From positions 12,252 to 76,251 of IMG/VR virus record IMGVR_UViG_3300046660_000513: DNA of 64,000 nucleotides. One strand, written 5' to 3'. This DNA is from a virus. The notes under the pieces were generated by a model. That model worked only from the letters and a program-made list of their open reading frames with translations, ran no database searches and had not been told where the DNA came from. Shown piece after piece: positions 49,654-57,723 of the stretch. A program made the translations under genes and the position numbers. Every line of letters starts with the position of its first letter. Within the stretch, counting starts at the first letter, position 1.

Positions 49654-50283
49654 ATGTCGGAGCAAGCTCAGCAAAAGGCCCAAAGCGAATCTTCACAACA
49701 GGATGCCGAGATTGCTGCTGTCGTCGCCATTCTGGTAGCGGGTCCGCCCCTCATTACCGCAATGAAGGCCATTTCAGTTGCAGCGAAACTCCCCAAAAAG
49801 CTAGTACTAGCCCTACTAGCCATCATCAAGTACAAACCAGGCAAAAAGGCACAGGCCAAGGGATCCGGCCCCGTCACAGCCGCCCTGAAAAAGAACATGC
49901 GCTACCGGGCCGCCTACCTCATCAACGCCGCACAGAGACTGGCCGCAGCCCCCGACCTGGAAGCAGCCATCGCCCGGGAAAAAACGCTGTTTGCCGCCCA
50001 CAAGGAGGCCTCAGCACGCCGCACCGCAGCAGCGAAAGCCTCCGTAGCCATGGCCACCACCAGCCACAGCCCCGTCCTGGGATGGGGCGGCATCCTCGAC
50101 AACCGCACCACCCCGGACTGCCGCTGGCTCATCGGGAAAAACTATTCCGTCGACAACCCGCCCGAAGGACTCCACCCCGGCGCCCGGCACCCGCGCTGCC
50201 GGTGCTACCCAACTCCGTCCTACCCCGGAAAACCGGTCGTCACAGAACTCCCGGCACACCTCAGCGGGAATTCTCCCCTATAG
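49654..50283 (+). CDS. MuF-like head morphogenesis protein
   Basis: D.RTT..C ... HPRCRC motif after portal. Confidence 0.85.
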   Translation: MSEQAQQKAQSESSQQDAEIAAVVAILVAGPPLITAMKAISVAAKLPKKLVLALLAIIKYKPGKKAQAKGSGPVTAALKKNMRYRAAYLINAAQRLAAAPDLEAAIAREKTLFAAHKEASARRTAAAKASVAMATTSHSPVLGWGGILDNRTTPDCRWLIGKNYSVDNPPEGLHPGARHPRCRCYPTPSYPGKPVVTELPAHLSGNSPL

Positions 50284-50368
50284 GTACTAGCCTCCCAGAT
50301 TGACGAATAAACAGGTAGTTTGGTATCCGGCATGCCTGCTGAAAACACGCGCGCAAGGAGACCTCACT

Positions 50369-50692
50369 ATGGCTACCGCCTTAACTGTCCTTTCTGCCTC
50401 CAATGGTGGCCTGTCCACCTTTACCACCGTCGCAGCGGACACCACCGGGAACACGTTCTCGAATGACGGCCGCACCTGGCTGTTCATCGACGGGGGCGCC
50501 GCCGGTGGCACGCTCATCGTGAAGTCCAACGCCATTCTCCCCACGGGCCTGGTCGTTCCGGACAAGACGTACACCATCGCCGCGACCACCACGTACCTCC
50601 TCGACCCGTCGGACTTTCCGTACGTCGTCACCGGCGACACCGTGAAGGTCACCGCGTCCGTCACCACGATCAAGCTCGCCGCGTTCCACTAA
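50369..50692 (+). CDS. small beta-rich virion protein
   Basis: AAGGAG RBS, head module position. Confidence 0.7.
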   Translation: MATALTVLSASNGGLSTFTTVAADTTGNTFSNDGRTWLFIDGGAAGGTLIVKSNAILPTGLVVPDKTYTIAATTTYLLDPSDFPYVVTGDTVKVTASVTTIKLAAFH

Positions 50693-50721
50693 ACACGCCG
50701 TAACTCCTTGGAGCGCAGGAC

Positions 50722-51888
50722 ATGAGTGCAGAGACTGGGGCGTTAGCGACCACCCCGCATCCGTTAGGAAAGCCGAACGGACCGGGTCTTTTCGGAAACA
50801 AGTCGTTGAGCCTCCCGCCGTATGTGCAAAACGTGGCCCAGAGCCTTATGGAGAAGCGCGGGATGGATCGCTCCCGGGCAATCGCCACGGCCATCGGAGT
50901 CATGAAGAACTGGGCATCCGGGCAGGGGAAGGTGCACCCCGAGGTCCGTGCTGCGGCAGGCGCGGCCCTGGCGGAGTGGGAAGCCGCAAAAATGAAGGCC
51001 CACGCCACCCCCAACAAGGGCGCTGTGAGCCTGTCCCAGCCGATGACTCTCCTGCGCTCCATCCTGGACGGCTCCACTGCGGTGGAACTGGCGCAGACCG
51101 CCACAGAGCCCTCAGGAGGCCCGAAGCCCGCCAAGGCCCCGGCCAAGCAGGACAAGAAGGCCCAGCAAGACCAGCAGCAGACCAAGCACCAGCTGCCTCC
51201 GGGCGCTACAGGCTGGAAGCATGGGTGGATTCCTGTCGATTCGTCCGGAAAAGCTGTCGGTCCATCGCAGATGAACAAGTCTGCGCAGGAGATCAAGGAC
51301 ATGACGGGCCACGACCAGGCCACCAAGGACGCGATCGCCTCCGCGTACCACAACAAGTCAGTTGCTGACGGCAAGAAAGCCGCCACAAAGGCCAAGTCCG
51401 CCAAGAAGAAGGCGGACGCCGCCGCCAAGCATGCCGCAAAGGCCAAGACCGCAGCCGCCAAGAAGGCGCTCCGGGCCAAGGTAGTCGCCGCGAAGAAGGC
51501 TGCGGTGGCTGCCAAGAGGAATGCCGCAGCTATCGCGAAAAACAAGGCTGCGAAGACGAAGGCCCGTCAGAAGCTGGTCACTCAGGCCACCCGGCAGGCG
51601 CTCGCGGACAAGAAGGCGGGCCGGTCGCTGACGCCGTCACAGGTCCGGCTGCTGGACGCGTACAACTCTCAGCAGGCCTCGCAGCTGGACAACCTGCGTA
51701 ACAACGTGTCGCTGTCTCAGCCGGTTGGCGGGGAATCCCAGGTCACTGTCCCTACGGGTTCTTCGCAGGACGGCCCTCGTAGCACGGTAAACAGCCTGCT
51801 CTCCTCGGTTCCGAAGCGGAAGCTCGCGGATGCCGCGCTGAAGGCTCAGAAGACGCGGCGTGATCGCCGCAGGAAGGGCGGGAAGTGA
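50722..51888 (+). CDS. Lys/Ala-rich putative internal head protein
   Basis: Histone-like AAKK repeats, WKHGWI motif. Confidence 0.75.
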   Translation: MSAETGALATTPHPLGKPNGPGLFGNKSLSLPPYVQNVAQSLMEKRGMDRSRAIATAIGVMKNWASGQGKVHPEVRAAAGAALAEWEAAKMKAHATPNKGAVSLSQPMTLLRSILDGSTAVELAQTATEPSGGPKPAKAPAKQDKKAQQDQQQTKHQLPPGATGWKHGWIPVDSSGKAVGPSQMNKSAQEIKDMTGHDQATKDAIASAYHNKSVADGKKAATKAKSAKKKADAAAKHAAKAKTAAAKKALRAKVVAAKKAAVAAKRNAAAIAKNKAAKTKARQKLVTQATRQALADKKAGRSLTPSQVRLLDAYNSQQASQLDNLRNNVSLSQPVGGESQVTVPTGSSQDGPRSTVNSLLSSVPKRKLADAALKAQKTRRDRRRKGGK

Positions 51889-54800
51889 ACACGCAGGAGT
51901 ACGAGTTAGCATTCGTAACGGTTTTACCGTCGGGTGCTCACGAAGTTCAGCCCCATACGCTGGACTTTTCCAAGAACCCCGCCGGAGCGTTAGCATTCCG
52001 ATACAAGCACGGCTGGATCTTGATCAACCCCCTGATCCCTTCCCGGGGACTCAGCGGCGGCGGTCTCGCCCGGCAGCACGGCCACCTCTCCGGCGGCTAC
52101 ACCACCGGCCACTTCCACAAGGGCGCCGACGGCAAGGTCCACTTCAAGGCCGCCAACCGGTACGCCGACAAGGCGGACTGGGAGAAGGAAGTCAGGGCCG
52201 GGGCGGCGGGCGTCGTCGCCAAGCAGGAAGCAGCGAAGGCGGCTGTCCAGAAGGCCGAGGACGCCACCAACCTCACGGAGAAGCTGGCCGGGGAGAAGGC
52301 CCCCAAGGCGGCTCAGGCTGCGGCTCACGCGGCTGCTGCGGCGGCTCACCAGGACGCTGTGAAGCACTTCCAGGCAATGGGTCAGGACGGCCTCAAGTCC
52401 GGGGTGTTGACGCACTCGGCACACAGCGCGATCCACTCCTCCAAGGCGGGCCAGCTGGAGGCCGCCGCCAAGGCGGAGAAGCTCCAGAAGCAGGTACAGC
52501 GCAAGGAGCTGGCTACCGGCCTGTCGAAGAAGGCCAACGATCTCAGCGCCTCGACGAAGGAGTCCACGGCACTCCCGAAGGAGAAGGCAGCGCTTCACCA
52601 GAAGGCTGCGGCATCCCACCTGGCGGCCCAGAAGGCGAACGAGGCAGCCGGGAACCACTACGTCGCCGACGCCCACGGGAAGGCCGCCGCCAAGCACGAG
52701 GCGATTGCTGCACACCAGCTGGAGAAGCACAAGCAGCTGGAGCACGGAGCAGGTGTCAAGTCGAACAAGGCTGCAACCGCCTCCAAGAGCGCGAAGATAG
52801 CGGGCGAAGAGGGTGACTCGTTCCCCTCTCAGCTTGCCGCGCACCAGAACGCCTCAACCGCGCACGAAGAGGCCGCCACCGCGCACAAGATCCTCGGGAA
52901 CACCAAGGTTGCGCAGGACCACCTGACCAGCAAGATGAGCCACAACACGGCCATTGCCCAGCTGAAGGAGAAGCAGGCCGCGCACGAGGCGACGACGGCT
53001 GAGAACGACAAGCTGAAAGGCGCCGCCAACGCGGCGTACCAGAAGGCCATCGGCATGCCCGAGGACACGGTGTCCCAGAAGGTGGCCAAGGTCGTCGCTC
53101 TCAAGGAGGCGTCCCAGAAGACTGGCGCTGCCATGCAGCACGGCGCGAAGCACGACCTGCCCGACGATCACCTGATAACGGCGAAGCACGAACAGATGAC
53201 CGATTTCGCCAAGCAGTTGAAGGGCGAGATCGAGCAGGCGCACAAGGCCAAGGTCGAAGAGCAGAAGGCCCAGGCCAAGCTGAACCAGGCGGCGTTCGAC
53301 GCCTCCGACACGGCCAAGACCGCGTCTCAAAAGGCGAACAGCTCCGGCACCCTCGCTGACCACTGGGCGGCTCACGATGCCCACCAGGCAGCTGGGGAGG
53401 CAGCAGGAACGGCGGGCCACGGGTCGGACATTCAGCAGTATCACGCGAAGCAGCAGGAAGCGCACCTGGACAAGATCGCGAAGATCCAGGAAGAGCAGGA
53501 AGCTGAGGCCGAGAAGGCGAAAGCGGCCAAGAAGGCTGCGATGGTCAAGGCGCTCGACCTGTCGGACGCTGCCAAAAAGGCCAGCATTGCCGCTGAAAAC
53601 ACGCCGCACGGCAAGGCCCTGATCGGCAAGCACCTGGACGCCGCAGCCGCTCACCTGGACGCCTCCGAAGCGGCGAAGAACGCTACCGCCGGGACAAAGC
53701 TCGCTGAGCACCACAAGGACTTGGCGAAGGAGCACACCGAGACCGCCAAGAAGCTCGCGACGGACATTGCGGACGCCAACCAGAAGGCCGGGGACTTCTT
53801 CAACAACGGCGACGACGCCGAAACCTTCGGCGACACGAGCGCAGCGGCCCACAACTACAAGAAGGCCGCCGAGCAAGCCGAACTGGCGGGCAACCCCGCA
53901 ATGAAGGTCAATGCTCTGCACGCCCTTGCCACGCTCACCGGGACGAAGGAAGACCACAAGGAGGCCGCCAAGGCTGCCCTGAAGGCCCTGGTAGCGGAGA
54001 ACAAGAAGAGCAACCCCAGCACCTTCTATCAGAACAAGTACGAGCACCTCTCCGAGGAGCACCTTGCCGCGATCGACAAGATCGGCGAGACCGACCAGCA
54101 CGCCACAGCCAAGGCGGACGCCTACAAGGCAGCAGCTGACGAGGTGGACAAGGCGACTCAGAAGGTCATCACCTCTGCCGGGCTTGGTGCGCAGCCGCAG
54201 GCAGACGCCCACTACGGGGCAGCCCAGGCCCACCAGGTGGCTGCGGAGGCCGCCAAATCGGCGGGGCTGAAGAAAGAAGCTAAGTCGCACGCGGAACAGG
54301 TGTCTGCGCACACCCTTACTGGCAACAAGAAGCAGGCAGAGGCCAACCTCAAGAAGAAGATGACCCAGGAGAAGGCCGAGAAGCAGGCGGTCCAGGAACC
54401 GGCCGCTTCGGGGGAAAAGCCGCTCAAGCCGGTAGGCGAGCTGACCAACACCGGCCGCACCCTCGGGACGCACGGCTCTCAGTTGATGAAGGACGAAGCC
54501 GGAAACGAATGGCTGAAGAAGACCGACGACTACAGCCGTGTTCTGGACCCTGCCATCGCGTCCCTTCAGCGCAAGATCGGCATGGACACCCCGGTGTTCG
54601 TCAAGACCAAGGAGGGGCACCTCCAGGGCATGCTTCCGGATGCCAAGGACGCGTTCCCTAACGGCAACTTCGATCCGGAGAAGCTGTCCGAAGAAGACCT
54701 CGCCAAGATGCTCCAGCACCAGGTGCTGGACTACGTCACCGGGAACCAGGACACCCACTCCGGCCAGTGGCTGCGAACCTCGGACGGCAAACTGATCCAG

Positions 54801-57404
54801 ATCGACCAGGGTCAAGCGTTCAAGTTCGGTGTCGGCAAGGGCAGCGGCGGTTCAGGCAAGGGCGACCCGACGACAACGTACCCGCCGATCGGGGCGAATT
54901 CCCCGATCTATCCGAAGCTGTGGCACGCGGCCGAAGCGGGCAAAATCCATATCCCGGACCCGAGCGGGGACAACGACTTCGCCAAGACCATCAAGGCGAT
55001 TCAGGACATGCCGGACGAACAGTTCAAGGCGCTGTTCAAGCCGTACGCCGTCCAGGCGATGAAGAACGGCCACAACCCCGGCGGGCACACCACCGTGGAC
55101 GGCTTCCTCAACGACATCGCGGAGCACAAGAGCAAGATCGGCAGCGACTTCCAGAAGCTCTATGACGAGCTCCCGGCGAACGCGAAGAGCGGTGCGCCTG
55201 AGGCGCCTGCCAGCCCGGGTCCTAACCTGGTAACTGGTTCGGAGCCGGGCAAGAAGGCGAATGCCCTGGAGGCCATCAAAACCTACGCCGTCTCCGCGAA
55301 GGGCCAGCCGATGGCGCCCTGGATGCACCAGATGGCCAAGGAAGCCGGTCTCTCCGACGCGGAGATCCACAAGGCGTTCCAGGACGGCCCGAAGGAGATC
55401 GCCCTCAAGGAGGTCGCAACCCAGGCCGCCAACGGCACCGTGCTGGGAAGCGGCGCGATCACCAAGGCCAAGGAGGCAGGCGCATCCCTCGACGAGATCC
55501 ACAAGGTCATGCAGGACGCCAAGGCCGCCAAGACCGCCGCACCGACCGCCGGACCGTCCGAGAAGGAGAAGGCTCTCAAGGCCCTCGCCGAGCACGAACA
55601 CCACAACAACATCGGTGCGTGGACGTACACAAAGAGCGACAAACTGGAAAATGCGGCCAAGGAGGCAGGCGCCTCCCCGCAGGAAATCCAGACCGCCTTC
55701 GAAAAGCCTCAGGAGGTCTTGAATGCGCTGTCCGAGGCCCCGGCTTCAACGCCGTCCGCTCCGGAACCGTCGGGGCTGTCTGCGAAGCACGCTGCTCTGA
55801 AGACCCTGGCCGAGTACTCGGACAACCCGCCGGACAACTGGTCTCTGAAGGAGTACCAGAAGCTCAAGGAAGCTGCCGCCGGAGCAGGCGCCAGCAATGA
55901 CGAGCTGAACGCCGCACAGTACACACCGGGGACGTTCCTGAAGAACCTCCCGGCCATGGCTGCCGCCGAGCCGTCCGCTCCGGCAACCCCTGCGGCGCCC
56001 AGCGCCCCGGCGGGCCCCAAGGTGGATCCGTTCAAGCCGAAGGCCAAATGGTCCAAGGGCGTTGCGGGCCTCGCGTATCCCGGAGGCGAAAAGAAGCAGA
56101 CGGATGTCTTGGCAGGCCCGAAGGGGCTCGTGGTCCACAAGGCCACCACGGGTACCGGCTGGTCCGTGTCGTCCTCGGACGGCCTCAACATGGGCGGCGT
56201 CAAGTTCAAGACGCAGAAGGAAGCCAAGCTCGCTGCCGAGTGGATGGCGAAGAACCACGGCGCCCCCGGGTCGATCACGACCGAGAGCCACAAGGAATGG
56301 GCTGCCGCGAACCCGGAGAAGAACACGGCGTTCAAACAGGGGATCAACGCCAGCCAGTGGAACAAGGACGCTCAGGCGGAGCTGGACAAGCACAACGGCG
56401 TAACCCCGATCACGTCTGCTGCTCCGGCATCGCCGGAAGCGACTGCGTCCGCGACGCCACATATCGCGTACACCGGTCTCAGCAACGACAAGGTGGCCAA
56501 CGCGCAGCTGCTCAAGAAGCTGTACAACCAGGCGAACAGCCCGAACGCCACGGCAGCCGACAAGGCGGCGTACGTACAGGCGAAGTACGACTGGGACCAC
56601 AAGCACTCCAGCCCCTTCGATCCCAGCAAGGTGCTGCTGCCGGGCCAGCTTCCCGAGATGGGCAGCACGCCGAACCCGCAGAAGGGGAAGAAGCCGTACC
56701 CGGTCACGCCCGGCTACCAGGGATGGAAGCCGTACAACCCGGCCGAGGGAAGCACTCACGGGATCGCCACTACGGACCGCACCAAGCTGGCCGAGATCAC
56801 GAAGCATCAGTGGTCAGACAGCACCTACCAGGCGGGATTCAGGTCGGCGTCGACCAACGAGAGCCTGCACGGGGACTGGAAGCCGAACTACAAGGACGCC
56901 GGGTCGGGGTCTGGTCCGTATATCTACTCCACGGGCAGCTACACCTCCATCAATCAGCAGCTGCGCGGCGACAAGAAGAAGGGCATCGCGCCGTTCGGCC
57001 CCACGGGCGGCAAGTGGGATGACGTGATTGCCCACATGGACACGGCGTTCGACGACGTACCGCCGCTGGACCGCGACATTGTCCTGTCCCGCAAGATGTA
57101 TGGCGGTGGTCCCTTCCCGACGTCGCCCCCTGCCCCGCCGATGAAGCCGGGTGAGGAGTACATCGACCACGGGTACAACTCCACGTCGAAGACCCGCGAG
57201 GTCTGGAGCGGTGACACGCACATGGAGATCCGTGTGCCGAAGGGCGCCAAGGTATTGGACCTGAACCACTCCTACGGTTCGGACAACGCCACGGAGCACG
57301 AGGTCTTGCTGAACCGGGAAAGCAAGTTCAGGGTGATCGAGGACACGACGTCTACGTGGCAGGGGCAGAAGGTCCGTCACATCATCGTAGAGCTGGTTCC
57401 GTAG
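51885..57404 (+). CDS. 1839-aa polyvalent virion protein: His/Ala helical repeats + HipA/PI4K-like kinase domain + VIP2-like ADP-ribosyltransferase
   Basis: LDY..GN.D.H ... IDQG (kinase-like); Y..IN..LR, LSR, YNSTS, E.EVLL (R-S-E ART). Confidence 0.85.
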   Translation: MNTQEYELAFVTVLPSGAHEVQPHTLDFSKNPAGALAFRYKHGWILINPLIPSRGLSGGGLARQHGHLSGGYTTGHFHKGADGKVHFKAANRYADKADWEKEVRAGAAGVVAKQEAAKAAVQKAEDATNLTEKLAGEKAPKAAQAAAHAAAAAAHQDAVKHFQAMGQDGLKSGVLTHSAHSAIHSSKAGQLEAAAKAEKLQKQVQRKELATGLSKKANDLSASTKESTALPKEKAALHQKAAASHLAAQKANEAAGNHYVADAHGKAAAKHEAIAAHQLEKHKQLEHGAGVKSNKAATASKSAKIAGEEGDSFPSQLAAHQNASTAHEEAATAHKILGNTKVAQDHLTSKMSHNTAIAQLKEKQAAHEATTAENDKLKGAANAAYQKAIGMPEDTVSQKVAKVVALKEASQKTGAAMQHGAKHDLPDDHLITAKHEQMTDFAKQLKGEIEQAHKAKVEEQKAQAKLNQAAFDASDTAKTASQKANSSGTLADHWAAHDAHQAAGEAAGTAGHGSDIQQYHAKQQEAHLDKIAKIQEEQEAEAEKAKAAKKAAMVKALDLSDAAKKASIAAENTPHGKALIGKHLDAAAAHLDASEAAKNATAGTKLAEHHKDLAKEHTETAKKLATDIADANQKAGDFFNNGDDAETFGDTSAAAHNYKKAAEQAELAGNPAMKVNALHALATLTGTKEDHKEAAKAALKALVAENKKSNPSTFYQNKYEHLSEEHLAAIDKIGETDQHATAKADAYKAAADEVDKATQKVITSAGLGAQPQADAHYGAAQAHQVAAEAAKSAGLKKEAKSHAEQVSAHTLTGNKKQAEANLKKKMTQEKAEKQAVQEPAASGEKPLKPVGELTNTGRTLGTHGSQLMKDEAGNEWLKKTDDYSRVLDPAIASLQRKIGMDTPVFVKTKEGHLQGMLPDAKDAFPNGNFDPEKLSEEDLAKMLQHQVLDYVTGNQDTHSGQWLRTSDGKLIQIDQGQAFKFGVGKGSGGSGKGDPTTTYPPIGANSPIYPKLWHAAEAGKIHIPDPSGDNDFAKTIKAIQDMPDEQFKALFKPYAVQAMKNGHNPGGHTTVDGFLNDIAEHKSKIGSDFQKLYDELPANAKSGAPEAPASPGPNLVTGSEPGKKANALEAIKTYAVSAKGQPMAPWMHQMAKEAGLSDAEIHKAFQDGPKEIALKEVATQAANGTVLGSGAITKAKEAGASLDEIHKVMQDAKAAKTAAPTAGPSEKEKALKALAEHEHHNNIGAWTYTKSDKLENAAKEAGASPQEIQTAFEKPQEVLNALSEAPASTPSAPEPSGLSAKHAALKTLAEYSDNPPDNWSLKEYQKLKEAAAGAGASNDELNAAQYTPGTFLKNLPAMAAAEPSAPATPAAPSAPAGPKVDPFKPKAKWSKGVAGLAYPGGEKKQTDVLAGPKGLVVHKATTGTGWSVSSSDGLNMGGVKFKTQKEAKLAAEWMAKNHGAPGSITTESHKEWAAANPEKNTAFKQGINASQWNKDAQAELDKHNGVTPITSAAPASPEATASATPHIAYTGLSNDKVANAQLLKKLYNQANSPNATAADKAAYVQAKYDWDHKHSSPFDPSKVLLPGQLPEMGSTPNPQKGKKPYPVTPGYQGWKPYNPAEGSTHGIATTDRTKLAEITKHQWSDSTYQAGFRSASTNESLHGDWKPNYKDAGSGSGPYIYSTGSYTSINQQLRGDKKKGIAPFGPTGGKWDDVIAHMDTAFDDVPPLDRDIVLSRKMYGGGPFPTSPPAPPMKPGEEYIDHGYNSTSKTREVWSGDTHMEIRVPKGAKVLDLNHSYGSDNATEHEVLLNRESKFRVIEDTTSTWQGQKVRHIIVELVP

Positions 57405-57441
57405 TTAGACCGCGTGTGCTAGTATTAGGGTAGATAAGGAG

Positions 57442-57660
57442 ATGAGGACCATGGCCACCAATACGGCCGCCAACGGCGCGACCCCTGACCTCTGCGACAA
57501 CGTGGAGTTCATCGTCGGGCCCGACGACGTCACCCCGGAGATCACCGCGAAGCTCGCCGCTGACCAGAAGCGTCAGATGGCCGCAGGAAAGCGGCTGATC
57601 CTGGAAGAAAAGGTGGAGGCCGAACGGGCACGGCGCGCGAAGGCTGGCCAGGGCGGCTGA
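57442..57660 (+). CDS. small hypothetical protein
   Basis: Promoter motif at 57424, RBS, terminator after. Confidence 0.65.
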   Translation: MRTMATNTAANGATPDLCDNVEFIVGPDDVTPEITAKLAADQKRQMAAGKRLILEEKVEAERARRAKAGQGG

Positions 57661-57676
57661 TCTCCCGCCAGGCAAA

Positions 57677-57712
57677 CAGAGAACCCCCGGACACCCGTCC
57701 GGGGGTTCTCTG
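57677..57712. terminator. bidirectional terminator
   Basis: CAGAGAACCCCCGGAC-ACCC-GTCCGGGGGTTCTCTG between convergent genes. Confidence 0.8.
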
Positions 57713-57723
57713 CGTATCTGGAC

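Noticed and set aside
52854-54815. Long antisense ORFs (653 aa here; also 48028-49542, 44513-45841, 21113-22252)
   Set aside because: Shadow frames of GC3-rich genes on the opposite strand; no RBS or motifs.
1521-57436. Repeated TAGGGTAGATA motif as CRISPR repeats or IS ends
   Set aside because: Copies are short, dispersed, irregularly spaced and gene-oriented; no cas or transposase genes.
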